Shown: positions 1-9,664, counted from the first letter of the stretch. The stretch is 64,000 nt of DNA from Candidatus Moraniibacteriota bacterium (GCA_029865125.1 JAOUHN010000002.1:713-64712), one strand, 5' to 3'. Notes: generated by a model not told the origin, from the letters alone. Numbers and translations: made by a program.

Positions 1-2148
1 CTCAGCCCTGAACAACTCAAAGATTTTAAAGGTCTTCGAGGAGACGCTTCAGACAACATTCCTGGAGTGAAAGGAATTGGAGAAAAAGGGGCTATTAATC
101 TTTTGAAAGAATACGAGACTTTGGAGGGGATATATGAGCATATTGATGAACTGAAGGGTGCTGTGAAAAAAAAGCTTGAGGATGGGAAAGAAATGGCATT
201 TCTTTCCAAGGAATTGGGAACAATTAAGACTGACATTGAGCTTGATTTAAAATTGGATGAATGTGCAACGCATGATTTTGATCGAGAAAAAGTAACCAGC
301 CTTTTTCGAGAGTTGAATTTTCACAGTCTTTTGAAAAGGCTTCCGGGAAATTCAGACTTAAGAAAGAGAGATGAGGCGGAGATGGAGAAACGAAAAGAGA
401 TTCAATGTGAACTTCTGACTGAAGATGGTTTGAAAAGATTTTTTGATGAAATGAGCAAGCAAAAAGAAGTAGCTTTTGATTTGAGTTGTGTGGGTGAAAA
501 TGTCAAAGCCCTATCTTTTTTCTGGGGAGAAAAAAAGGCATATTTTGTGGAAATTGATGATGATAGTTTGGAATATATCAAAGAATTTTTTGAAAAATCA
601 AGCGTGAAAAAGATTGGTTTTGAACTCAAAGATGCAATGAGAAAAATGGAAGAAGGGCTCGGAGTGAAAATGAATTTGAATGTGTGGGACACGAAACTTG
701 CGAGTTATCTTTTGAATCCTGGAGGAAAAATTGATTTTGGAAAAGTTGCACTAGAAGAGCTTGGAGAGGAGTTTGAGAAAGATAATGGAGGACAACTTAG
801 TCTTGGAATGGAGGGTATTGAGGAGATATCACAGAAGGGCTGCAAGAAAGTTAAAATTATTTTTGATTTGAAACAGAGATTGAATGAAAAATTGGAAGAA
901 ATTAGCAATGATCAGAAAAAGGGAAAAACAATTCTGGATGTTTTTGAAAAAATTGAAATGCCACTTACTCGAGTGCTTTTGAATATGGAAAGAAACGGAA
1001 TCAGATTAAACGTTTCTTTGATGAACGAAATGTCAAAAAAAATTGGAGGAGAACTCTCAAATCTTGAAAAAGAAATTTGCGACATAGCAGGAAGACAATT
1101 TAATATTAATTCGCCCAAACAACTCACAGAAATTCTTTTTGATGAAATGAAAATCTCAACAGAAGGCATCAAAAAGACTAAGACCGGAATTTCAACCGCA
1201 GCTAGTGAGTTGGAAAAATTGAGAGGTAGACATGATATTATTGCGAGTATTGAAAGATACCGTGAAGCATTCAAATTAAAAAGCACATACATTGATGCGC
1301 TTCCAAAAGCAGTAGACAAAAATTCAAGAATTCACACAACTTTCAATCAAGCAGTGACCGCAACCGGGCGACTTTCATCTGAAAATCCAAATCTTCAAAA
1401 TATTCCAATTCGAACTGTAGAAGGAAAAATGATTCGAACAGCCTTTGAGTCTGAAGACGGCTGGGTTTTTGTGGCAGCGGATTATTCTCAAATTGAACTT
1501 CGAGTGATGGCACACATCAGTGGAGACAAGAAATTGATCGAAGCTTTTGAAAAAGGCGAAGACATTCACAAAAAAACGGCTGCAGAAATCAACAAGGTGT
1601 CGTTGGATGAAGTGACTGACAAAATGAGAAGTGAAGCAAAGGCACTCAATTTCGGAGTGATTTATGGAATGGGCTCCTATGGCTTTTCTCAATCCGCTGG
1701 AATTGATCAAAAGGAAGCCAAAAAATACATTGAAAAGTACATGGAGAATTTTCCAGGAGTGGCAGCATACATTGAAAACACAAAAGAATTTGCTCGTAAA
1801 AATGAATTTGTGGAAACAAAAACAGGAAGGCGAAGATATTTGCCTGAAATTAATTCTTCTAATTTCATGGTGAAGGGCACAGCAGAAAGAATGGCAGTGA
1901 ACATGCCAGCACAAGGCTTTGCAGCTGACATTATGAAGATGGCAATGCTTGCAATCCACAAGGAATTTGCACTCAATTCTGATGTGAAAATAATTCTTCA
2001 GATTCACGATGAAATCATTTTGGAAGTGAAAAAAGAATTGGCTGAAAAAGTTTCTCACAAACTGAAAGAAATTATGGAAAATACGTATAAGCTAAACGTT
2101 CCTTTGGTAGTGGACACTGAAATTGGAAAGAACTGGGGAGAAGTGTAG
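1..2148 (+). CDS. polA: DNA polymerase I (5'-truncated by window edge)
   Basis: Frame open from base 1 (LRGDASDNIPGVKGIG, 5'-3' exonuclease H3TH motif); family A motifs TGRLSS, NLQNIP, DYSQIELR, QIHDE. Confidence 0.98.
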   Translation, partial: LSPEQLKDFKGLRGDASDNIPGVKGIGEKGAINLLKEYETLEGIYEHIDELKGAVKKKLEDGKEMAFLSKELGTIKTDIELDLKLDECATHDFDREKVTSLFRELNFHSLLKRLPGNSDLRKRDEAEMEKRKEIQCELLTEDGLKRFFDEMSKQKEVAFDLSCVGENVKALSFFWGEKKAYFVEIDDDSLEYIKEFFEKSSVKKIGFELKDAMRKMEEGLGVKMNLNVWDTKLASYLLNPGGKIDFGKVALEELGEEFEKDNGGQLSLGMEGIEEISQKGCKKVKIIFDLKQRLNEKLEEISNDQKKGKTILDVFEKIEMPLTRVLLNMERNGIRLNVSLMNEMSKKIGGELSNLEKEICDIAGRQFNINSPKQLTEILFDEMKISTEGIKKTKTGISTAASELEKLRGRHDIIASIERYREAFKLKSTYIDALPKAVDKNSRIHTTFNQAVTATGRLSSENPNLQNIPIRTVEGKMIRTAFESEDGWVFVAADYSQIELRVMAHISGDKKLIEAFEKGEDIHKKTAAEINKVSLDEVTDKMRSEAKALNFGVIYGMGSYGFSQSAGIDQKEAKKYIEKYMENFPGVAAYIENTKEFARKNEFVETKTGRRRYLPEINSSNFMVKGTAERMAVNMPAQGFAADIMKMAMLAIHKEFALNSDVKIILQIHDEIILEVKKELAEKVSHKLKEIMENTYKLNVPLVVDTEIGKNWGEV

Positions 2149-2277
2149 AATTGAGATTTGAGAATTGAGATTTGAGAATTAAAAATTCGTGTTAAGTGGA
2201 AGAAGATAGAAATAGAAAAAATCCCTCGCGAGGGATTTTTTATTTTCTCAACTCTCTTTCTCAACTCTCAATTCTAA
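2148..2277. repeat. Inverted GAGA(A/T)TT 7-mer arrays flanking a bidirectional terminator
   Basis: gaattgagatttgagaattgagatttgagaatt at 2148-2180 and complementary ttctcaactctctttctcaactctcaattc at ~2244-2274. Confidence 0.7.
2216..2241. terminator. Bidirectional intrinsic terminator between polA and the CNNM gene
   Basis: aaaaaatccctcgcgagggatttttt perfect hairpin with A/T tails between convergent genes. Confidence 0.85.
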
Positions 2278-3282
2278 TTAGGATAGTTCCATTTCAGAAA
2301 GTTTTTTTCGAGCCTCAGCCTGCATGTCTGTGATTGTGTCATTTTCATCAACGATTTCAATGCGAAGCACTTCCTCGATGATATCTTCAAGTGTGACTGC
2401 TCCTTCTAGACCACCGTATTCATTGAAAACAAATGCAAAATGACTTTTTTTCTTGATGAATTCTGATAAAAGTGAGTCTAGTTTTTTCCCTTCAGAAACA
2501 CGAATCAATTTATTTGTGCGAAGTATTTTTGAAATTTCTTCTCCAAATGGAATCCCAATTAAATCTTTGGAGTACAAAAGACCAATGATGTTGTCAATTC
2601 TTTTTTCATATACTGGAATTCTTGTGAATCCTTTTTCTCGTATTTTCTCCAAAGTTGTTTTATCTAGAACAGTATGTGAATCAAGAGTAAACAAAACTGA
2701 TCTTGGAGTCATGACATCTTCTACTGTTTTATGAGAAAAAGAAAGCGCCCCAAGAATAATTCTTTCTTCATCAGAATCAATATCAGAATGTGGAGAATCT
2801 TCATGAAGTTTCACAATTTCTCGAAGCTCATCTTTGCTCCAGATGGTCGGCATTTCTTCACCAAGTATTCTGTTGAGTGCCCATGCCATAGGAGCACAAA
2901 CCGGATAGAAGATGAAAATAAAAAAACGCACCAAAAAAACAGATTTGGCTCCAAACTTGAGAGCATGTCTTGAAAACACTGCCTGTGGAATGATTTCTCC
3001 GAAAATAACAATAAGAGCAGTTGATATGATCCCTGCTATAACCCCACTAACAATACTTCCCAGAAAGATACTGATTGCTGAGTTGACCGCAACGTTTCCA
3101 ATGAGAAGGGTGACCAAAAGGAGGTTTCCGTTTTTGCGAACGGGATACACCTTTTTTGCATCCTTGTTTCCAAGCTTAATTTTTCTTTCAAGATCTGTTT
3201 TGTTGAGACTAAGAAGACCCAGATTCAATCCGGAAAAGATTCCGGAAAGTGTAATAAGAACGAACACTAAAAAATACGCCAT
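2278..3282 (-). CDS. CNNM/DUF21 + CBS domain membrane protein (CorB/HlyC-like Mg2+ transporter family)
   Basis: N-terminal TM helices with LLVTLLIGN and GEIIPQ; CBS pair (VMTPR, FTRIPV, TLEDIIEE). Confidence 0.92.
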   Translation of the reverse strand: MAYFLVFVLITLSGIFSGLNLGLLSLNKTDLERKIKLGNKDAKKVYPVRKNGNLLLVTLLIGNVAVNSAISIFLGSIVSGVIAGIISTALIVIFGEIIPQAVFSRHALKFGAKSVFLVRFFIFIFYPVCAPMAWALNRILGEEMPTIWSKDELREIVKLHEDSPHSDIDSDEERIILGALSFSHKTVEDVMTPRSVLFTLDSHTVLDKTTLEKIREKGFTRIPVYEKRIDNIIGLLYSKDLIGIPFGEEISKILRTNKLIRVSEGKKLDSLLSEFIKKKSHFAFVFNEYGGLEGAVTLEDIIEEVLRIEIVDENDTITDMQAEARKKLSEMELS

Positions 3283-3314
3283 AAAAAATTTTAAAAATTA
3301 CATTTAAAGTATAC

Positions 3315-3415
3315 CACATAACATGAGACATGTATCATAGAGCGCGTAACATATAGCATAGAGCATGAAACATGTGGCATGGGACATGAAATACGTGATA
3401 TTTAACATAGAACAG
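3315..3415 (+). repeat. Degenerate CAT(A/G)(G/A)(C/A)A-type 7-mer array
   Basis: cataacatgagacatgtatcatagagc...catagaaca periodicity. Confidence 0.7.
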
Positions 3416-3440
3416 TGTAGTAAAAAAGTCAAAGGTACAT

Positions 3441-3549
3441 AAGGTCTGTAAAGTCCGTAAAGTCCGTAAAGTCCATTGAGTCCATAAAGTCGAAAGTCTG
3501 TAAAGTCCGTAAAGTCTGTAAAATCCATTGAGTCCATAAAGTCGAAAGT
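3441..3549 (+). repeat. AAGTCCGTA/AAGTCCATA 9-mer array
   Basis: Repeated aagtccgtaa, aagtctgtaa, gtccataaagtcgaaagt; related array at 53398-53458. Confidence 0.8.
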
Positions 3550-3583
3550 GTTTCCAAGCTATTGGGCTATTACGAGGCGGCTA

Positions 3584-3612
3584 TTGACAAAATTGATGAA
3601 ATATGCTAGGAT
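3584..3612 (+). promoter_or_regulatory. Putative sigma70 promoter
   Basis: TTGACA-17bp-TAGGAT with TGn extension; no long ORF immediately downstream. Confidence 0.45.
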
Positions 3613-3807
3613 GTACAGTCAAGTTGAAATGAGATTTGAGATGGGAGATTTGAGAATTGAGAATTTTTAAAACTAAATATATTAGGAAAATGTTTGGAGA
3701 GAGACATGAATTTTAAAAAGAAGACAACCGTTAGTCTTTTTGTGTCTCAGTGTCTAAGCATATTGATTACACAAGATTGATAGTTGTTTTTTTATTCTAT
3801 CGTTACT

Positions 3808-3891
3808 TGTCATTCTGAACTTGATTCAGAATCCCGAAATAATATCACGCGCGTTAGTCGTGGGGGATCCTGAAACAAGTTTAGGATGACA
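3808..3891. repeat. TGTCA-tagged REP-like palindrome doublet (non-autonomous copy)
   Basis: tgtcattctgaacttgattcagaatc...gatcctgaaacaagtttaggatgaca; ends closely match the element at 42879-43290. Confidence 0.9.
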
Positions 3892-4807
3892 TGGTGTATA
3901 AGTTGGGAAGAAGAATTGTGAAAAAGATAAAGATGAAGAAATTAATTCAGGGCATATATATGAAAACAGGCCTCACGAATCAATTTTCAGAAAAAGAATC
4001 GATTTCACAATTCTCTTTCTCAGAAATTAGAGTTGAGATTTGAGAGGTGAGAGTTGAGAAATAATGAAAAGATTTTTGGGAACAATCCTTGTGGTTGAAC
4101 CCAAAAATCTCTTGGTTATTTTGACTAAAGAGAAAAAATGTTCTTTTAGACCCAATCGTTTTTTTGTTGAGTTGATAGAGGCGGGCATAATTTGAAAATA
4201 GCATTTGGATTTTTTAGTCTTGCCAGGCTGAAAATAAAAAATGATGATTTTTTAATTATGGCTCTTTAAGATTTTTTTTCGGGAAAAAGGAGAATGCTTT
4301 GAAAAAAGCAAGAGAACCTCCCAGAGGTGGGACTCAAAACAAAGGCGTAGTAGCCCGGCAGTTATTTTCACCCGTAAGGATTCTGTCGTGATACTTTTCA
4401 ATGAGATTTGGCAGTTTCAAAGAAAGTAAAAGGATGCAGGGGGTTTGTGGTTACCTCCAAACAAAAAGCACAAGTTTTTCTGATTTAGATTTATTGAGGA
4501 GGCATGGCCCTCAATGAATAGAATTTTTCAGAAAACTAACTCAATGAGCCTTAGGTCAAGGCCAAAAAAATGATCCCATGAAAATAAAAAAGTGTGTTTT
4601 TCGCACAAGCACTTACATTACTAATTCGGATTATTGTGCGACAATGAATAATCCGAATATAATTTTCAAATGATTACGAAGATTTGCTCAATAAATTATT
4701 TTTGCTCAAATCCTCCTGATCATTTGTTTTATGATTAGGTGTAATTTGACAATTAGGTATTGGATTTAACATTAATTTTTCACGGAGATTTTTCAAGGAG
4801 GCTCTGA

Positions 4808-5296
4808 ATGTGGAAACTAGGTTCTGATGAATTAGTCAGTAATCGACATCACAGTCATCTTCATGATGATGTGGCTGAAATTTTGACTGAGGCGTTGTCT
4901 AGAATTGATTCTGGGAAACGAGATTTTTTCGTGGAACAGGTGGATTTTGGTAGAGTTGTTGGAGAAACGATTTGTGTTGCCACTGATAATGGTGATGAAA
5001 TTGTTTTTGCAAAACGGCCGAAGCGATATGGGCATACTCGATTTGTGAAAACCAAAAGGCCTGAGCCGTGCTCAAGTCTTGTGGTTATTCTCAAGAAAAT
5101 CGAGACTGGATATGTTCTCATATCGGCGTTTGTTGGCGTTAAGCCACAGCCGGAACCTTGGGATCACAGAAGTTTTTCCCAGCAATCTGATCCGCAAAAG
5201 GCGGAAAGACTGGCGATAGAATTTTGGAACTCGCATGCTCTTGTTTGGGGCTGCGATGTGATTTCAGGGACAGAGACAACTCGATGCCCTTGGTAA
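4808..5296 (+). CDS. Hypothetical protein (accessory island)
   Basis: 162-aa ORF with strong SD (aaggagg) upstream; motifs LISAFVG, PEPWD, EFWNSHAL; no family recognised with certainty. Confidence 0.8.
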   Translation: MWKLGSDELVSNRHHSHLHDDVAEILTEALSRIDSGKRDFFVEQVDFGRVVGETICVATDNGDEIVFAKRPKRYGHTRFVKTKRPEPCSSLVVILKKIETGYVLISAFVGVKPQPEPWDHRSFSQQSDPQKAERLAIEFWNSHALVWGCDVISGTETTRCPW

Positions 5297-5473
5297 AATT
5301 CGAGAATTAAGCGACTTACTTCGCGTGTTTTGACAAAATTCAGAACATAGGCGAGTAAGCGTCTATGATTTCTAGGTGATTCCCCACCAGCAAGAGCGGG
5401 AGAAGTGCAAGGTCTGAAATTGTCAACAATCGGCAGTGAAAGAGCGCTAAAACTTATCTGATGGAGAAAGATC

Positions 5474-6553
5474 ATGACTAATATCGCACAAAAAATCCAA
5501 AAAAGCCTGGTAGAATCTTTTGTTTTCACTAATGAAATCGCAAGGATACTCTCCTTGGGATTTGTTGGAAAAAGAAACATTATCGTTTTTGGGCCTGGCG
5601 GACATGGAAAGTCTGCAATGGTACAAAAGGTCATCGAAGACCTCGGTATGGCCGAGGAAACCTTTTTTCAATTCTTTGGCGAAGGCATGGACGAGTCCCG
5701 TCTTTTTGGCGGACTCAACTTCAAAAAGTTAGAAGAGGAAAAAGTTTTGGAATACTATCCCGAGAAATCTTTTCTGAATTCTCGGGTGGCCGTGTTTGAG
5801 GAGCTCTTTGATGCTCCTGCATCAGTTTTACTAGCTCTTAAGGACGTGTTGACTGCCAAAGAGCTTAGGAATGGATCGCAGCGATTCAAAATGAAAACCG
5901 AGGTTATTATTTGTCTTACCAACAAAGAGCCGAGCGAAATTTCGGACCTTGGTCCGGCAACTCATGCATTGATTGAGCGGTTTCCGCTTCAGCTCAATTT
6001 GAAGTGGAAGGACTATTCAGCTAAGAGTTATCTTCAGATGTTTGAGAAGGTAGCACATCAGTTTGACGGACCGGTTCTCAACGGATTCAAAGCTGTCTTG
6101 GCTGAAATTTTGGCCAAGGCTACCGAGGAAGGAAATTTTGTTTCTCCGCGGACAGCCGTGCACGCTTTTCAAGTGTGCCAAACGGCAGCGCAAATTCGTG
6201 GAGCAACCCAGGTTGAAAAGCAGGATCTCACTGATCTTCGTTTTTTGCCTGGACTTGAGGGCCTTGCTGAGACTATTCAGAAGGACCTCAATGTTGCCAT
6301 GGAGCGAGCCGAAGCGGAGGCTAAACTGGTTGAGGCAGAAGAAAAACTTCGGCGGTTAACCGGAGAACTTCGTGAAGCTAGTGCGCCGATTAAGGCGCTT
6401 CAGGTTGCCAAGAAATTGATGGCTTTTCAAGATGAGACTGCCAAGTTAAAAGTGACCGATGGTCTCAAGGATCGTCGCAAGGCGATTCGCGACTCGGTCG
6501 GTGAAAAAATCGCTGAGGCTCAAGCAAGAGCTTTGGAAAATACCCGCATTTAA
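5474..6553 (+). CDS. MoxR/RavA-like AAA+ ATPase with C-terminal coiled coil
   Basis: Walker A GPGGHGKS, Walker B-like VAVFEE, sensor TN, ALIERF, SPR motif; adjacent VWA gene. Confidence 0.88.
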   Translation: MTNIAQKIQKSLVESFVFTNEIARILSLGFVGKRNIIVFGPGGHGKSAMVQKVIEDLGMAEETFFQFFGEGMDESRLFGGLNFKKLEEEKVLEYYPEKSFLNSRVAVFEELFDAPASVLLALKDVLTAKELRNGSQRFKMKTEVIICLTNKEPSEISDLGPATHALIERFPLQLNLKWKDYSAKSYLQMFEKVAHQFDGPVLNGFKAVLAEILAKATEEGNFVSPRTAVHAFQVCQTAAQIRGATQVEKQDLTDLRFLPGLEGLAETIQKDLNVAMERAEAEAKLVEAEEKLRRLTGELREASAPIKALQVAKKLMAFQDETAKLKVTDGLKDRRKAIRDSVGEKIAEAQARALENTRI

Positions 6554-6563
6554 GGAGGGGCAG

Positions 6564-7919
6564 ATGACACAATTTACATTTCGGACATCTTCCTCGCCGA
6601 CATACATCTCGCCTAGTGCGGATGAAATGCGGGAGATGGGAGAGAAGCTGGGTCTCAAGAAATTTTCAAGAGATCTCGTAGCTGATCTTTGCAATCTGGC
6701 TTCTGGGGGAGTGGTAAATCCTCCTTCCACGTATCGCAATGAAGTACAGCGTAAAGTGGAGGACAAGCTTCCCGCTCCTAATGACAAGGGGCAGTGGAAG
6801 AGCAAGGCCGGGAAATGGACAGCGGATCGACAGATGATGATTGTCGAAGGCACGGAAAAAGCCATGAGATATCATCAAAATGTTTGTGATTTTTTGCAAG
6901 CAGTCGAGTTGGATAAATTTCCCGGAAATTCACCACTTGAAAAAGCAATGAACCTTCTTAAGCTCCTGTCGAAGAAAAACGGAGCTGCAGGAGGCGACGA
7001 AGGAGAAGAGCCTCTTCCAATCTTCACGGACAATGATCAATCGGAAGAGATTGGGGAGAGTTTGAATCAACTTATGGACGACATTGATTCGTTGTCTAGT
7101 GATGAGAAACAGCTGCTTGATCCTGAAGAGTCTGACTCTGAGGGCGAAAGTAAAGGTGACGGAGACGATAATCTTCGAAAAATGAAGCTTGCCGAAGATT
7201 TTTTGAGAGGCAAGGAAATGATGCTTGAGATCTCGAGAAATCTGGACAGGCTCACGCGGATGCAGGTTCGAAAGAGCAAGAAGCAAGAGCCGGATCCAGC
7301 GGGAGACAGTGTCAGAAATCGTCCAATGAAGCATTTGGACGAGATGCATCGGATGGTAAAGCCTGAGTGGGCGTTGCCTAGTGCTTATCGTACCTATCGA
7401 ATGGTGACAAAGGCTGCCCAGGTTCGCGAACGTGTCACGACCATTGAGAAAAAGCAGTTATTGTATGTTATTATTGACTGCTCAGGATCAATGGGTCAAG
7501 GGAAGCGGATTTTCAAGGCTGGTGGAATTCTCATGAATCGCCTTAAGGCGGTGATTGAGGGTGAAGCTGAGCTATATGTTCGGCTTTTTGATACAAATCT
7601 TAAAGACGAGCATCATGCTTCGTCTTCTAGTGAGGCAAAGGAGTTGATTCGCCATTTTACAGAAAAGAATTATTCTGGCGGTTCAACGGATATCTCAGCT
7701 TGCGTTCGAGCAGCGCAAGAGCGTATCAATGAAATTGTTGCGCAAGGATCAACTTATCGTCCCGAATTAGTCATCATCACAGATGGCGATGATAAGATAA
7801 ATTTGACTTTGCATGAGCTCAAAGGGACAAAGGCTCATGCGTTTGTGGTCGAATGTGCAAATAAGGCGCTAACTGATCTCGCTATTTCTACAGGCGGGGT
7901 TGGAATAAATAAAATGTAG
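6564..7919 (+). CDS. VWA (von Willebrand A) domain protein, ViaA-like partner
   Basis: MIDAS DCSGS, GGSTD, ITDG; start reassigned to ATG 6564 after SD aaggagggg. Confidence 0.88.
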   Translation: MTQFTFRTSSSPTYISPSADEMREMGEKLGLKKFSRDLVADLCNLASGGVVNPPSTYRNEVQRKVEDKLPAPNDKGQWKSKAGKWTADRQMMIVEGTEKAMRYHQNVCDFLQAVELDKFPGNSPLEKAMNLLKLLSKKNGAAGGDEGEEPLPIFTDNDQSEEIGESLNQLMDDIDSLSSDEKQLLDPEESDSEGESKGDGDDNLRKMKLAEDFLRGKEMMLEISRNLDRLTRMQVRKSKKQEPDPAGDSVRNRPMKHLDEMHRMVKPEWALPSAYRTYRMVTKAAQVRERVTTIEKKQLLYVIIDCSGSMGQGKRIFKAGGILMNRLKAVIEGEAELYVRLFDTNLKDEHHASSSSEAKELIRHFTEKNYSGGSTDISACVRAAQERINEIVAQGSTYRPELVIITDGDDKINLTLHELKGTKAHAFVVECANKALTDLAISTGGVGINKM

Positions 7920-8599
7920 AATTGGAGGTGGACATGGTGCGAATAAGAGATTCTCCTTAGCTAGTAATCCAATGCTAGAGAGAGGTAGTAGCTCAATCAC
8001 AAGAAAAACTACCCGGCGGTATGCTTCCGATTTTTCTTTAGAGAAGTCGCCGTCGTTAACTTTCAAGAATTCGAATAGTTTTTGAAAGAAATTAGGGAGC
8101 AAGGGGGTTAATGAAAAGGAGCGAAACCTCTAAACAAAAAGAGCGTAAATATTGATAATGAAATGGCTGTGGAGGTATGACCCACGAAATCAATCTTATC
8201 AATATCCTTTCATAATTCTTTAGCTGAGTAGAACACAAAAAATCAGCATCATAACCTGAACAAGTTTTAGAATATTTGACTTGCTCTTGCATGCCTTTTA
8301 AAAAGGACAAGATTTGTTAGAATTTATTCTCATAAATCGGTAAGATCCATCTGCTAAACGGGAAAAGCCATGCAGGTGATAAATATTCCGAATCGTTTCA
8401 TTCTTTAGGTTGAGGGAGTTTGAAACATATGATTTCTGTGGCTTCAATCTGTGAACAGGCGCAGTAAACCCTCTTAACGCGCAATCAGCTGATTGTGTAT
8501 CGTTAATTCTACAAGGAGGTTCAGATATAATTTATCTGTTCCTCCTTAACTTAATATTAGTATTGATATAAATCGTTTTGGATTTGCAGGGTAAGCTAA

Positions 8600-8760
8600 G
8601 AGCCTGTTTAAAGTCTCCGTATTCTACTGCGAATCTGAGATTTTGGCTGCAAAATACCTAAATTTCGTTGAATTACTTTCCAAGTAGTCCTGTCTCAATT
8701 TATGTATTTTTCGCCTAAAATCTCAAATTCTCGCTACGAAAAGAGATTTTAAACAGGCTC
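8600..8760. mobile_element. ~160-bp MITE-like inverted-repeat element, copy 1
   Basis: TIR gagcctgtttaaa...tttaaacaggctc; homologous copies at 28322 and 32558. Confidence 0.85.
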
Positions 8761-8852
8761 CGAGGTATTTCGTGAGTTTCATTTTTGGAGCTCAACTCTC
8801 TCCTTGAAATACTTTCTAGCCTACTTTGCAAATCTAAGACGGTTTGCAATAT

Positions 8853-8973
8853 GTAGCATAGAACATAGAACATATAGCATAGAACATATAACATGGAGCA
8901 TAGAGCATGGAACTTAGAACATGGGACATATGACATAGAACACATAACATACAGCACATAATATACAGCATGG
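8853..8973 (+). repeat. CATAGAA/CATAGCA 7-mer array
   Basis: tagcatagaacatagaacatatagcatagaacatataacatggagc... Confidence 0.85.
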
Positions 8974-9052
8974 AGAATAATACAGGTGAATTTCGGTTCA
9001 GCTGTTTTTTTGTGTATGAATTAGAGTTGAGATGGTAGATCTGAGATAGAGA

Positions 9053-9183
9053 AACCCCTCCTCAGTCCTCCCCTTTAAAAAGAGGAGGAGGAAGTGAGAA
9101 TAATTTAAGATGTGATATGAGAAATATAAACCCCCTTTCCGCCAATTGGCGGACTCCCTTTGATGGAAAGGGGAGGAAGGAGG
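9053..9183. repeat. C-rich/G-rich palindromic REP-like repeats with inserted ccgccaattggcgg mini-hairpin
   Basis: cccctcctcagtcctcccctttaaaaagaggaggagg and ccccctttccgccaattggcggactccctttgatggaaaggggagg; related copies at ~16547 and ~40398. Confidence 0.6.
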
Positions 9184-9289
9184 TGTTTTGTAATAGTTTG
9201 ATTTGATGATATAATATCACTATAGGAGATGCGAGAGGAGAGATAGGGATTTGAGAAATAATTTTAGAAAACTTAAAAATTAAAAACAT

Positions 9290-9664
9290 ATGAAAAATAA
9301 AAAATTAGTATTGTTTCAAAAAAAAGAAATTAGAAGAGTTTGGCATGAAGAGGAGTGGTGGTTTGTGGTTATTGATGTTGTGGGTGCTTTGACCGATTCA
9401 GTTAATCCGGCGGGATACCTTAAGGATATGAAGCGTAGAGATGATGAAATTTCCAAAGGGTGGGGGCAAATTGCCACCCCCCTTGCAGTTGAGACAGCTG
9501 GAGGAAAACAAAAAATTAACTGTTCTAATGTGGAAGGAGTTTTCAGGATAATCCAATCCATCCCATCACCCAAAGCGGAGCCCTTCAAGCGTTGGTTGGC
9601 GAAAGTTGGGAAAGAAAGGATGGATGAGATTGAGAATCCGGAATTAGTATTTAGTGTAAGCTAG
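9290..9664 (+). pseudogene. Bro-N domain protein, probably C-terminally truncated
   Basis: EIRRVWHEEEWWFVVIDVV, RIIQSIPSPKAEPFKRWLAKVG..R.DEIENPEL; similarity ends at a repeat junction and a stop follows 5 codons later. Confidence 0.75.

Noticed and set aside
402-2264. Numerous antisense or alternate-frame ORFs overlapping polA and other long genes
   Set aside because: Shadow ORFs with no recognisable motifs, explained by codon bias of the real genes
3706-3780. 24-codon ORF with SD-like ggagag downstream of the 3584 promoter
   Set aside because: Too short and featureless to support as a gene from sequence alone
3808-3891. Integron attC sites as the explanation for the palindromic doublets
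   Set aside because: No RYYYAAC/GTTRRRY core ends, no cassette array organisation and no integrase; copies also lie within and between core genes
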